Assembly (NCBI GenBank): GCA_050084985.1
Contig: JBITNC010000002.1
Span: forward strand, 18,352,001-18,416,000
Source of the DNA: Nageia nagi
Taxonomy: Eukaryota; Plantae; Pinophyta
Reading direction: 5' to 3'
DNA: 64,000 nt
Shown here one piece after another: positions 26,701-41,700 of the stretch. Position numbers and translations under genes: made by a program. The stretch's first letter is position 1. Each line of letters starts with the position of its first letter. The notes under the pieces were generated by a model that was not told where the DNA came from, searched no databases, and saw only the letters and a program-made list of their open reading frames with translations.

Positions 26701-29700
26701 TGCAACATCCAAGACGGAGAGCCTTAGGATAAGTGAGATCACATCCAACGGTCAAGGAATGCAATGTCTAAGAGGCGGTGATGTCGATGTGCCTTGGGAT
26801 CAGCAACTTCAATCTAAGAGCCTCCAAGGGAGATGTGGGTGTCTTGGGATGCCCAACTTATGATCTTGATGGGTCCAATCTTCCTCCTCAAGCCCAACAT
26901 CCAAGTGTGGAGTCTTGCAATGCCTCGTAGTAGGTAAAAAATACCTTGGTATCATGCTCTACCACAAAAGCGGAGCAATACTATTAATTAATGAGGCCTA
27001 TTAATGCCAATATTACATGCATCAAGACTTGATATATGCAACTTCCCATAAATGGTGACAATTAATAATTGCCTTGGTATCATTTATACATCATTATTGG
27101 CATAATTAATTATCGAATTACTCCTATCATGCTCAAGAGGCCCAACGTCCCATAATTGGAGCAATTAACTAGTCTCCAAGTGGAACTTACAATAAAGGGC
27201 TTATTACAATGAAATACTCCTAACTAAATATAAAACACTCCTAAATTAATTAAGTAATCATTGCACATCCTTAGAGGAAGGACGTGACCTTTCCAGCAGT
27301 AAATTGGAAAGAGAATTATGGATTCCCGTGTGCATTCGCGATATTAGAAAATTGGTTGGATAGACGAACTTCAAGATGCCATAACTCCCTCGTTTCTCAA
27401 CCAAAATAGGTCATGTAACCTATCAAAATCATTGGCACGAGGTCCTCTTTCCATTCCTAGTGTTGAAATGCCCATTTTTGGCTTGTAGAAGACGTAATCT
27501 CCTTAAAACCAAAAATGAATAGAACTTTGCAAATTGGGGACATTACAAATTCCCCCTCACCCATTTTTTGCACACTATGTGCAGCTCATTGTCTTGATTT
27601 TCTTTTTTAATACATTAAAAAATTACATTGGGTCTCTAAGATTATACAAAAGGCCAAAGGCATCACCAAATTCATCAACAACCACACAAGGTCCTCTAGC
27701 TTACGAGACAAGAAGGTGAATAAACTAATGAGAGGGAGATTGTGCGACCTAGAGTTATGGGATTTGCTACAAACTTCATTACATTGCAGAGTCTCTTTGA
27801 TGCAAAAGGGGCATTGAAGAGCATGTTTGTTAGCAAGCAATGGGTAGCAGAAGATGATGCTAAATGTTGACTCTCTAGCGAGGGCCAAAAGGTATATGAT
27901 TATGTGTTTGAAGAGACCTTGTGGACAACTATGCATGAAGCAATCAAGGTACAAGACTAAATTTTTTAAGTATTCTTCCATTTGTTAATTTTGAATTGTA
28001 AACCAAATTTCAAATTGCTAAGTTGTTGGAGCTTTATGTGATGTTGGATTCGAGTCGTTGACAAATGGTAATTGACGAGCTGCTGTGGCGGCAAAACAAA
28101 TGATCAACTTTCAATTGTCGATTAATCAGCCAGGCCGAATTGCTGATCAGATCGACAATTAATTGTGATTTTGACTACTATGCATCACAGTAAGCCCCAA
28201 GCACTCCACAAAATCTTTATACAGCCTGAAAAACTCAAGTACAAATAAGATTCTATTTTGAAAGAAAATTGACAGCTATGAACAACATCATGTATCACAA
28301 GTTACTCACACAAGATATAGAAGAAGCTATTGGGATGCTTTTCTTTCCAGCGGTGACCTTCTAAGGATCGCGTGTAGGACTTACGAGCTGCCCAACAACA
28401 TAGTTGGGAATGCGTTACCAATTCCCCCATTTGAAAAGGATGGGGTACCTTCAAGGCTTTTGTTGAAACACCTTGCCCAACGACTCCAACGTTGTGACGT
28501 TGTAAGGTATGTCCGCCAGGTGTGTTTTCTAAATAGGAATAGATAAATAAAAGTGCAGTATCCCTCTTTGGAATCAGCCTCAATGGAATGGAATGAGAGG
28601 TAGCAGTGTGTTAACCAACGTTGTTTATTTGATATATAGAGTTTATTCAAAATATCTGTGTGGACTTAACAATTGTATTTGGTTTTGAAAGCATAAAGAA
28701 AGCATAAATAAAATACTGTAAAGTGAGAGACTACACTTGTGAAACGGAAACAGATACTTGGTCAGATACCAAATGAGTCACCACGATGAAGCATTGTCTA
28801 AAAAGTTCATCCTTTTCGGATCAGTTTAGAGATTTCATCCAATTCATCCAGCTTTACGAACAAACAACTATGTTCAAGTTGTTCCAAAGAGGAGCAGGGA
28901 GGAATGCTACTTACGAGCAATCAAATGGACGTGGTGGAAGAACATGGGAAGAACAAGAGTTTGGATGTAAACCTCTACTTTGATGTCATAAAACAAGAAA
29001 CAGATTCAGATTACCTCATCTAGTGAGTGGTATGAACCAAGAATTTATTGAAGACTGATTTCCAACACTTTAAAGAATAAAGCAATGATACATTTCCTAA
29101 AACTCTCGAGTTTTCAAAGGAAGGATGCGAAAGTGTCAAACGAGCAATGATAATTCTTAAGAAACAATTCACAACATGACAAATGGATAAACAAGCTCAA
29201 TCTTTGGCTTAACCACTTTGTATTAACTTATAAAAGAGTTGTGCAAGGATACATCAATTTGCTCCTCTTTTACCAAAGTTTCACTTTTTTCACAAAATGA
29301 GCTCTAGTGAAAATGAGACCCCATGCCATTTATTTATAGGAAAAATTAGTTCAAATTCTCAAGTGTTGCCCTAATTTCTAGAAAAACACACAAATGCTAA
29401 TTTGAATGCTAAATTGAGATTACAATATCGTTTTAGTGGGAGAATAGTCTCATCTCACTAAAATATGCTTGAAATAAAATATTTACAAAAATCGATGCCC
29501 TCTAGCATGCATTTCGAGGTGTTTTGCATCAATTTGGCAAAAATTGGAGCTTCAAATCCTCGTTCCGGATCCTTCTGATAGTGTTTTGAGCTCCTCCCTT
29601 TTCTGAATCTGGATTTGCCTTTGATGTGATCATTGTGGCAAATTTTCAACAGATTCTGAGAGAATTTTTTGAAAAAGTGGATATTTTGGTCTATTTTTTG

Positions 29701-32700
29701 AAAAAGATGGGAGGGGTCCGAAATTTGGAAAAATTTTAAAAAGTGGATTTGAGCTCATGGATGGATGGAGGATGGGATTACAAGGTACTTGGCAAGTTTT
29801 GAGAGGTTTTGGGGCTTTTAAGAGGTTTTGGGGCTTTTAGGAGGTTTTGGGAAAGATTTGAAGTTTTTGGCAAAATTTTCGATTTTCATGTCTAGATTTT
29901 TTTAGGTAGAAAAAAATGAAAATTTCCATAGAAATGAAAAATGCCTCCTAGATTTTTGAACACCTAAACTTGCTCAAATTCAAAAATTCTCAAGTTTAAA
30001 GTTGCTTAGAATGCCATTTCCCATGCAATGAAAGTAAAAAATTTTAATTTTGAGCAAAATTTATCAATCCTCCTCAAGTTATACGCTAGTTTTCACTTGT
30101 ATGGTTTTCTAATGGCATGAAAACCTGCGCCTAGCTTTTTGGTGCCTTTAATTTGCTCAAAATTGAAAATTTGAAGTATTAAATGTGCTCAAAATGACAT
30201 TTTCCTTGCAACAAAGTGCTCAAACATGAATTTTGATCAAAATTTGTCAATTTTCCCAACTCAGGCGCTAGTTTTCAACCCTATGGATCTTCAATGACAT
30301 GAAAACCTGTACCTAGATAGTAGAGCCCCCAAACTTGCTCAAAAATGAAAATTTGCAAGTTTAAATGTGCTCAAAATCATGTTTTCCATGTAATTGATCC
30401 CTTAGATTCGAATTTTGAGGCAAAATTTTGAAATTTCTTCATCCTATGCGCTAGATTTCACTCCATTGGATTTCCAATGGTATGAAAACCTGTGCCTGCC
30501 TTTTAAGTGCCTTTCCTTTGCCCAAAATCTAAATTTTGAAGTTTTAAATGTGCTAGAAATGGGGTTTTTCACCTAATAAACACCTTGGAATCATTTTTTA
30601 TTGGTTTTTCACTTATCTCTCCAAGTTAGGTGCTGATTTTCAGCCCATTGGATTTAGAAAATTATAGAAAACTGTGCCTAGCCTTAGGAGTGTTAGAAAA
30701 TGGAGACTACAACCGGCTAGAAAACAGAGAGCAGTTTCTTTCTCGTTTTTCAGTTGCCAAGAAGCCATGACACCTGGTTATCAGTTATAGAAGGGTTGGG
30801 GGTTACCTAACAACCTTCCTGATCCAACTTGGGTTTAAGTTGGGTTAGTTTGTACCTATAAATAAGAGGCTTGAGTTGAGGCATGTAGTATTGTAGTTTT
30901 GACAGCAATTGTGAAGTAGATTGTGATTATTGAGAGAGAGATTGTAGTGAGGTTTTGTTGTAACTCCAAAGTGAAGATTGTAGCAAGGTTATGCTGCTGG
31001 TTTGTTACTTGGAGGACTTTGAAGAATGATATGCAAAAGGGTTGAAAGCTTCTCCGTGGATGTAGCCTACATTGGGTGAACCACGTTATCTCTTGTGTCT
31101 CTCTTTGTGTGATTGATGTTCATGGTTATTTGATTTCAGTAGTATGCTTTGAATGTTGTTTCTTTTGCTAAGGAGTACGAGAATTATTGATGCTCTTGCT
31201 TATATAAACTTATTAAATCCTAACAAGGAGGGTCAAAACCTGCTCAATTTCACTTTTTTCAAGACCTAAATGTGCTCAAAATGGTGTTTTTGACCCAATG
31301 AATCCCTCAAATTGGAGTTTTGACCAAAATTTATCAAATTTCATGCTTCTAGACGCTAGATTTCATCCCATTGGATTTCCATAGCCTTGGAAACCTGCGC
31401 CTAGCCTTTAGGGTGCTTAAATGTGCTCAAAACCGAAAATTTTAAGACCTAAATGTGTTTGCAATCATGTTTTCCTTGGTCCCAAGCACTTAAACTTGAT
31501 TTTTGGTCAAAAAACTTTCCATCTTGTCATTCTAGGCGCCATTTTTCACTCCAATGGATTTGGAAAATGCTAGAAACTTGCGCCTAGCCTTCTGGGGATC
31601 TTTAGTTGCTCAAAACCAAAAATTTCAAGACCTAATGTTGCTTAGAACCATCATTTCCACTCATTCATGAATTTGGATTTCATTTTCTATGCATTTTCAT
31701 TTTTTTTCCACTTCCTAGGCACCAAAAAGCATCTCTATGGTTTTCCCATAGGCTTGAAAAACTACACCTAGCCTTTGAGTGCCTTAGACTTGGTCAAAAT
31801 CGAAAATTTCAAGTCCTAATTGTGATAGAATTCACCTTATCTCTTCGAATACGCTCTTAAACTCGAATTCCAATACCATCTACATTTATCTATGAGAAAC
31901 ATGCACCATTTTTCCCTCACTTGGGTTTTCAATACCTTGGGAAAACATGCCTAGGGCTAAGGGTACTCAAACTTGCACTTTCAACCCATTCTAGACTCAA
32001 TCTGTGCATTTCTGACCACTCTCAGTGTTTCCGAGCTCAAACTCGATCAAAACGCCTTTTCCAGCACCTCCAAGCTCAAACTCTACATTTTCGGTGATTT
32101 CGAGCTCAAACGATGCAAAAACAACCATTTTCGCATTTCTAGGCTCAAAGTTGTCATTTTCTATCATTTCCAACATTTCCGGGCTCAAAGTATTCAATTC
32201 CACCCATTCCAGCTTTTCCGGGCCCTAAGTGTGAAAAAACGACCTTTTTTCGACATTTCTAACATTTTCGAGCATTTCTAGCCATTCTAGGCTCAACTCA
32301 TCACTTTTGGTCATTTCCGAGCTTTCCGAACTCAAATCGTGCAAAAATGCACATTTTCACCATTCTGACCATTTTCGGGCTCAAAAGTGATTAAAAAATG
32401 CCTTTCTACCTTGCCTTTTTTCAGCTTTCCGGGGTCAACTTTGGAAAAAACATCAATTTTTGCCATCCTTGTCATTTTCATGGCACCCGGACTCAAAACT
32501 GACAAAAACGCTCATTTTTGCCACCTAGGCACTTGTGAGCTCAATTCCTACAAAAATGCGTTTTTTCTATCAACTTGATACTTTTGCATTGAAATGTTGC
32601 AAAAAGCCCGCCTTTTCTGCCCTGTTGGCCACTTGTGAGTTTAACATTCTGAAAGATGACCGCATCTCTACTAATTGCACTCTATACCCAAAAATATGTG

Positions 32701-35700
32701 CTCTAATGCTATCTCTTAGATCTTGACTCCTTGGCTCCAAAACTGGTGATTGTATACTCTAATGCTCTTTGGGTTTTTCGTCACAAAATCTCCTTGAATT
32801 GCTCCCAAATATCATATTTGCACTCTTTAGAATGAACTATCCGTCACCAGAAGCCAATCTCAAGGCAATGCACCTCATTGCCTTTGCAAAAATTGGGTCC
32901 CCAAAATGCTGCATCTTGGGGTGTGTTGTGCGGGCACAATAATAGCCATGTAAAGAATGCATGGAATTTGTTGAAAGTTGAAACATAGCAGCTGAAATAG
33001 TAGCAAAAAACATGACCTAGTGAGGACTGCAATTGAACACAACAAATATGGATTTCTGTTTGATTTGAAATTAGTCACTAACACCAGCAATATGCATATT
33101 GGTCAAAGACGGTTGGATGATAAAAAGATAGCTCGTTCATGTATATTTACAATAGATATAGAAAATGGGATAGAACATTGTTCTTGTGACTTGCATGTTG
33201 TTGCAGTATCCTTTTTACAGTCACTTAGGCCACTATTGGCCCACAGTGAACATTAATAATACTTCATTTCATTTCGTACATGCTTACAGTAGGTATGCTC
33301 ATAAGCAATAAGGCACATATTTCTGGCACGCACAATGAGTATACAGTACCTGCAATAATGCATAGCTTTGTCCAATGTTGTTATGATCTAGGGATAACTT
33401 TCGGGTAGAAATGGGTGTGTAGTCTCAAGTTTCACAAAATTGACCCCTTCAGTGGTAAGTCTGAATCATCACTAAATAGTGCCAAACCTTCGTAGGCACA
33501 TGTTGCCATTGATTGTTTATTACACAAGGTTTTGGGAGGTGCTGGCCATCTCCTTCAAAGATTCCTTGAAAAATAGATCATTTTGAAATTATGCAAGTAA
33601 TTTGTATAAGGTAAATATATAACAGAGGATTAAAGTGAGAAGCTGGAACCATTGGATGCCTACCAGTGCTCAACACTGTCACAAGGCATGGGATGTAGAG
33701 TCAGACTCTGAGCTTTTTATGGGAATAGAAAGATCTCAGGATTGAAGAGACATAAAAGGAAAACCATTCTTTATTTCTCGAAATAATCCATACAAATGCT
33801 ACAGAATTTTCGAGGAACCTAACAAGTTGATAGCCATTCCTCACGAATCCTCTTGAGAATTTGATGCTCTATACCACAATTTTACAACAACAAATTTAAA
33901 CATCAATTCCATAAAGAGTTGTTTTATTGCATCATGCATATACTGCACTGGATATAAATGTTAAAACACTAAAAACAATTAAATTAATTGAGCATATTGT
34001 TTTTAAAACACTTAAAACACCATTTCCATAAAGGGTTGTTTTATTGCCTTATGCATATACTGCACTGGATATAAATGTTAAAACACTAAAAAACAAGAAC
34101 AAGTACAAATCTGCTTTTCCATTCAATTTCTGTATTCTCTTATGATAAGTTGCATATAACAAGGGCTAAAATTTACCAGGATGCAAACACCAACGATCAC
34201 GTTTTGGAAGTATCTTTAATTGATTTAAAACTCCCAAGTCCACCTTCTAATTAGAGGGTATTCCCAATTCTGAGTGACCTAACATTAATGTACTGATATA
34301 TCAACAGGAGGAGTCACACAAAAAGATTACATAGATGCAACCAAATATCCTTATTCTTGGAACACAACCAATCCAAGACATGACTTTTTAGTTTGTAGTT
34401 AGTTTCAAATGGGAGTTGAACTTCAGAAAATATTCAGCAATGTTTTTCCAGAATGCCAACAAAACAATAACTTAACGAAAAGATGAACTGCAAATGGATA
34501 TGCACTGCTAGTTAATGAAATAAATTCAAATATGAACATATAAAAAGCATGAAAGAGTTATAGCAAACACATAAGCAAATTGAAATAACACTCTCGTAGT
34601 ATTAAGTTATATTTATGAAAAAAAATGTTTTAGTTTAGTGAATAAAATAAGGTTAAAATACTTTACTGGAGTTGAACAGCCAGGGCAAACATATCCTGCT
34701 GGAGCCGTGTGAGGAGGAAAACTTTGGAGATGTGACACCAGACAATGTGTATGCATGACGTCTAAATTCAAATTGCAAATCCCAAAAGTATAAGGAATAT
34801 TTTACAGAATCCATAATTACACAAAAGTGGAAAATTCCATGACCATATTTAAAGGGCAAAAAGATCAAAAACATTAGATGCTATTTTCAAATAGTAAGTC
34901 TTACGCAAGCAACCCAATCGAGTAGTAACCGCCCCATCTTCCAAAACTTCATGGCAGACACTGCAAGTAGGAGGCCAATCATAGTCCCCATCAATCACCC
35001 ACTCTGAGTAGGTCCGCACCTGATTGATGCACATCATATTCCAAATCACAAATCATCCCCATGCTTCAAATTTAGATTATGTTATTAGCACCTCCTAATA
35101 AGCACAAATCGAATTCTCTTTGTTGAGAATAAATAACTATACTTAAAGTTTTGATGCAGCTATTCCAGATGAGTTGTCACACAATAAAAATTGCTGCAGA
35201 TATTTGGAAAATTTAATGACAACTTGCTTGAAATTAAGAATATAACTGGCCACGGCAAATTAGGTCACAGAAATTGCTCATCATAATATTCAAAGATGTT
35301 TCAACACAACAAGCAACTAAAAACAATATCACTTCTACATTTTTGAGGATCAATTAAAATAACTAGAAAAACAAATTTCCCAATTTAATTCATCGAGTAC
35401 ATGTTTCATGAATTAAATGCACAAAATGCTTCACAGAGTTGGTTCTTAATTCAAATGTCACCAGCATGTCTTTCTCCACCAGATATTTTGAAAACTTTAT
35501 TTTGAACTACCAAAGGGTATTACGAATTCAGAGCAATGATTTTGGCTTAATGCTCCTACAACAACCTTGTAGAGATCAATAAACACTATTTTTCAATCTA
35601 GTCTAATGATGTTTATAATTTATTTGTCAATAAATAACTGCTGTATTGCTTAGGAAGAGGGTCCTTATCACCTTGCAATGATTTTAGAGGATTGATAATC

Positions 35701-38700
35701 AGTAAGAACAAATTTCCTATTAGTAATTGATGACATCCTAAGCGAGTTACATGGGGTGAAATACATCACAAAGATCATCAATATGGGAATTACCAGATTC
35801 ATATCCATCCACACATATTCTGAAAACTGCATTTCAAACTAATGTTTGTGCAACCTTTTAGGTAGCAATTAACACAATCTTCGAACCTAGTACAAGGAAG
35901 TGTCTATTGATTTTCGTATACAACATTCTCATTTACATGAATGCTGGCCCTCGTCTCATGTAACTAAAGTCCTTATGTTAAAAAAAAAGAATTATATAAT
36001 TCAATTTAAAGCTGCATTTGGGCTAAACTAATGCTTGTTCAATCTTTTAGGTAACAATTAACACAATCTTGGAACCTAGTACCTACTACAAGGAAGTGTC
36101 TATTTATTTTCATATACAGCATTCTCATTTATATCAATGCTGGCCCTCATCCCATGCAACTAAAGTCCTTTTCTTAAAAAAAGGATTATGTAATTCAATT
36201 TTGTAGTTTTATAAGACAAAAGTTGAATATTTGTGTCATACTGGACAATGAGTCAAGGATGGCACACATCAAAGATAAGAATGATAGTAGAATGGATGAG
36301 ACATGCAACATTTCAAGAGTTAGATGAATTTTTACAGTTTACATGATACTATTGTCATTTAATCAAATATAGATTGCAGCAACCTTGACAACAGATTCAC
36401 TAAAGAAAGATACATTTTCTAAGACAGATTTAAAAAAAAAAGTAGCTTCAATGAATTGAAAAACTTATCATCTGAAAGATGTCCTGCGCCAGATAAATAT
36501 ATAATGGATTTCATAAATTGAAAGATGAAACTGGAAGAGTTGCTACACTAAAAATGTGAAAAATGAACTTTTGGATATAATGCATCAATAGCTAAATGAG
36601 CAGTAGCTGCTAGCAGCAAGTACCTGGTGACAACTGATATTGAATGTACTTCTATTGATAAGGACCTCTTATTTTGAGTGCAGTACCCAATTAACACTAA
36701 ATTAAACCAGATAAGAAACTATGCTATCAGATATTCAATAAATCTCAGATGGATTCCATCAATCAGAAGTGCTCAGAACACAAGAAAGGACCATAAGAAT
36801 ATTCATCATTAAGTATGAGGTCTTCTTTACAATAGCCTTGCTATGATCCTTTATACATGACACGTAATTTATTATTAGCTGCTATAATTCCTGCTCCAAT
36901 ACGATCCAACTGAACAGTTGATGAATTTGTTAAACACGTGCATGTTTTTAACTTTTAAGATAAGGAGGTACTCCACTATTCTGGATGCCACACTCATTAG
37001 TTTTACTCAATACATTTGTTACATACTAACAATCTGTCCTATAATAAAAAGTTAGTACAATTAGATGTTTTGCCTCTTCAAACAAAAATAATTCAACTTG
37101 CAGCGATACAAAATTCCGACTCTGCAGACGCAACAAGGTACATAGCTGGCTGAATCTGACAAAAAAATTCTAAAACATAAGTTAATCCCGGAAGAAATCT
37201 TCACTGCAACTAAAAACACGTATAGAACTTGAACCTGTTTCTGTTTTCACTTCCAGAATATCTCAACTTTACTCTCTGCATTTGTTATGTTCCTTATCTG
37301 CACTCAAAATTAAACAAATGATAATCCCTGTGCAATGTGAAAAACTTGGCTCTTGGGACTAAAAATTGTCTCCCTATAATGTCCCCAATTTTGACGTCTC
37401 GCTCATTCTGGCCACTTGGAGTGAAACATTCCTCTTCATTGTGATTTTTTAGCACTTAGGAGTATTTAGAAGTTATTTTGATACTTTTGGCATTGTCGCA
37501 TGCCTTTTGAGATATTTCTGGCATTGTCACACGCCCTTTGATGTAATGATGTGTAACTTGTACTCCCAAGATCTCTAAATGATGTAAGAACTTCACCATT
37601 GGGCAGATCTCATCAAGTACATGCGAAACAAGTAGTCACACGACCCCCTTTGGATTAGAATTGCGCTTTGGAGCAGGTCAGCCATGATGATAATGTTTTC
37701 TCCCAAGATAAAGTTGGCCATGTTCATAATTATTTTGTATTTTCAAGACAAATCCATCTATAAAAGGGAGGAAGAGTGCACCATTTGAGGCCATGCTTGG
37801 AGAACTTCAATCTTTGATCTTTTGAGTTAGGGTTGTGCCTTATCACCCTTCTAAGGTCTAGGGATGCGTTCAAAACCCTAGGAGTGGCATTGGAGCATCT
37901 TGGAGAGCAAATCCACCTAGGATTTGCATTGGAGCTTCTTGAAGACTTTCAGCTTTCAACAATTTAGATTTCAGTTGAGGGTTTGGAACCCTATTTGGAG
38001 CCATTTCAGATTGTAGCACCTTGGAGAGACTAAAGGCACACTTTGAGTACTTTCTCATACTTGTTTCAACCCCTAAAGAGGGTTCGTCCCTCTTCCAGGG
38101 CTCCATACTTGCTCATTTGTGGTTCATACTTGTTTGTTTTGGTATATGAAGATGATTGGTACTAATTCTGGTTTTTATGGAGCAATTACATGTTGGGATT
38201 TACCGATTAAATTAAAAATTCTAATCTTCTTGAAGAAATATATCAGAGATTCGAAACAACATAATAGACAATATCAGAGAAACAATGCACACAACAATAA
38301 ATCAGAGACAAACACAGCATGTGCAGTAATTCACCCAAAATATGGGCTACTCCACAAAACAATCCTCCTTGTATTATTCCTCAAAGGGATCTCCCTTGCA
38401 ACAATGTTACAATCAATCCTCTCCCAAATACAATCAATGGATCCTCTCACACACTAGTCTCTCTCCTTGCTCCTGTTCTCCCTAATCCTCTGTCAAACTC
38501 AATCTTGCACCTTACACAATAAATCGCGAGCATACAAACAATAGAATACCCTCTCCTACTTATAAAAAGTAGGTTACAATATGGCTTGGGCAGCCATGCA
38601 ATTCTATCCATGCAGAAAACTAAAATTAGAAAAAACAACTGATCTATTAGAGGTGGTTATTGATGGAAAAAACAAAAGTTAAACTTAGCAATTTTTAGGC

Positions 38701-41700
38701 TCCAAAAAACTAACAATCTCCCACTTGGAGACTGACAGTGTTGCAACAACCCTGTAGCCTAGGACTAAATCACAATAACTCTACCATTATTGCATCTCTT
38801 GAAGACACCTCTTCAACCAAACAAGGAATGTCACTTCCTCCATATTATTGTATCCATGCAATGAACCATCACACCGGCCTAGTGTCATCCATGCACTTTT
38901 ATCCTGTGATCAACAAGCAACATACAATCTACCTACCACAAATAAGTGATAATAACAACATCCTTAGAATTACTATGTATCATGGTAAATCAAACATCAC
39001 CACCATGGAAAGATCTACATACTATGGATGACCCATAGCATGCACACACACAATATGGCTTTGCCACTAGCTTCGAAAGCACACTCCTCGAGTGTGGAAT
39101 TGCCTTCCAACTTAAAGACTTGGAGTCAAAACGATCCAAAGCTATGACCATATTATGTGTTCCATCCTGAAATCACACAGTTAATCCTGAGGCATGTCCA
39201 TCTTCCTGGACATGTCTCCCAGCTCCCACTGCTTGCTCATCCCCTGCAGATGAAAGAATCAAGGCCTCTTTATCGGCTACATTTGCTTTCTCTTCCTCTA
39301 CTTTTTGAGCCCGCAGTCCTTGTTTGGGTTCCCCTTCTTGTGACAATACCAGCATTCTGATCTTCCCTTGGACTTGGATCCACTTTGCTCTTCATGGTTC
39401 CCTGAACTCACTCCTCTTGTCTTTCGTTTTCCTTTGGCAATCGATGCTACATCAGATGATGACTTCCATGTGTTCTTCCTTCACATCTCATTGCTATGGA
39501 TTACACTCACCGCATCATCAAAAGAAAGATCACCAGAAACAGTACTAATAGCCATTACTAAGCTCTTCCAGCTATCAGATAATGAACACAAGAATAGAAT
39601 GGCCTTCATCTCTTCTTCTACAGATCCACCTTTTGGCATACGTAAATTATAAAGTTGTTTCACTAAGAATACCTCGTTTGATGCAGAGGGATTTTCATAG
39701 AATTTTTTAGTGCGTCCATAAGATCCTTCGCGGTCTTCTCTTCGAAGACGTTGAATGCTACAGAAGATGTGAGACTCAACTAGATAACAGCCAATGCCTT
39801 CCTATCAAGAAGACTCCACTCCTCATCCACCATAGAAGAAGGTTTCTTCGCTACTCCCTCCAAAGGTAGATGAAAATCTTAGATCAACAACAAGTCTTCA
39901 ATCTCCATTCGCCAAAATTGGTAATTCTTTCCATCGAATTTCTACACTCCCAATTTTGATATATCTTCCATTGCTCCCACTCGAACTAAAAACTCTCCTA
40001 TTTTCTGAGTACATTGAATAGTTAGCTTTGATACCAGTTGTTGGAATTTACCGATTAAATTAAAAATTATAATCTTCTTGGAGCAATATATCAAAGATTT
40101 GAAATAACAACAGAATAGACAATATTAGAGTAAGAACACACACAACAATAAATCAAAGACAAACACAGCATCTGCAGTGGTTCACCTAGAATATGGGCTA
40201 CTCCACAAAACAGTACTCCTTGTATTATTCCTCAAAGGGATCTCCCTTGCAACAATGTTACAATCAATCCTCTCTAAAATACAATCAATAGAACCTCTCA
40301 CACACTAGTCTCTCTCCTTGCTGCTCTTCTCCCTAATCCTCCCTCAAACTCAATCTTGCACCTTACACAATAAATTTGGAGCATACAAACAATAGAATCC
40401 CCTCTCTTACTTATAGAAAGTAGGTTACAATATGGCTTGGGAAGCCATGCAATTCTATCCATGCAGCATACTAAAATTAGAAAAAACAACTGGTATGCTG
40501 GAGGTGGTTATTGATAGAAAAAACACAAAATTAAACATAGCAATTTTTAGGTTCCAAAAAACTAACACTACATTCATTTTTCAGTCTTGTTTCAGTCCTG
40601 AGATATTGATGTATGAGTGGTATATAAATGAAGTTTTCTTGAGTTGAAGTAATAAACTTGGGCATGAAAGTGTATGAATGAAATTGGCTTTGAAGTTGAA
40701 ATTCATAAACTAGTGCATAATTTGGTAAATTCTGAAATTAAAAGATAATTCATTGCTTTTTCCTAGTATGGGTTATTACACTCCCCCTCGAAGACACTTG
40801 CCTTGGAGGGAAGATCCTTGTCCAAGGTAACTTCATCCTCTTCCAAGCCCACTTCATATCACAAGAGAGATCTTTGAAGTTCATCGAACTTCAATTTGGT
40901 GAATCTTAGGTGTACTCACATCATTGTGAGTTGTCAATACTTGGGAAAAGTGACCTCAATACTTTCTTGCAAATAATTGAATCATCCATGTTTTCTCCAT
41001 TTATGGGCATCTTGTTAAGAACATTGCCATTTTTTACTATTGTAGAAAAATCCTCTAGTTTTTAACCCTCCATTATCTTGACATTTTCAATTAACCTCTT
41101 GAAATTTAGCAATCTTGCAATTTTGATTTGAACATTTGAACAACCAAAGGCAAAGTTGTCAGACTCGGAATCGAATCGGAATTGTTTGGCTGGAAGATTC
41201 TGATTTTCAAGAATTGGCCAAAAATCAGCAAAAAATCGACCTATAAGAAAAACCAAGAATTTTTACAATTTGACATTGTAACAAATTATTTTTAGCTCTC
41301 TCTCAAAACATATCATATGAGAGTCTGATACAAGAAGTAGAACATAGCAAAATACCAAAATGTCAAAACATATCATATGACTCATGAGACTCGAGAGTCA
41401 AAACATATCATATGACTCATCCGATAATATTTTAATGAAACCTAATGAGAGTGTCCAATGGGTTTTGTTCACAACCCCAAAAGGACCTCTTTACAAAAAA
41501 TGGCACTTAAAACTTTTGGGACCCCTCCAAGAATTAAATGTAGTCCCTTTACGAGGTAAAAATGCATGTTTCGGAAGGGTAAAAATTGTGCAAATAATGT
41601 TTCTCCTAGCTCCTCTTAGCTCCTCCCAACTGAAGTTTGCAAGAAAAAGTTTAAAAAAAAAAAAAGAAAATCAAATTTTGAACTTTTTCTCCTCCCTAGC

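Larger units (their letters stand above)
13848..28182 (+). mobile_element. Decayed hAT (DUF659-type) transposon split by nested LTR elements, outer ends uncertain
   Basis: Transposase fragments: 15245-15351 [31 protein letters not shown]; 25980-26000 plus 27548-27600 [21 protein letters not shown]; about 27735-27845 [37 protein letters not shown]. No matching TSD at the proposed ends. Confidence 0.6.
28738..32849 (-). mobile_element. Probable large LTR-derived segment with internal satellite-like arrays, ends uncertain
   Basis: TATA-like cctataaata (rc of 29331-29340), array of about 183-bp units, shorter gctcaaa-based repeats at 31990-32640. No TSD confirmed. Confidence 0.45.
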
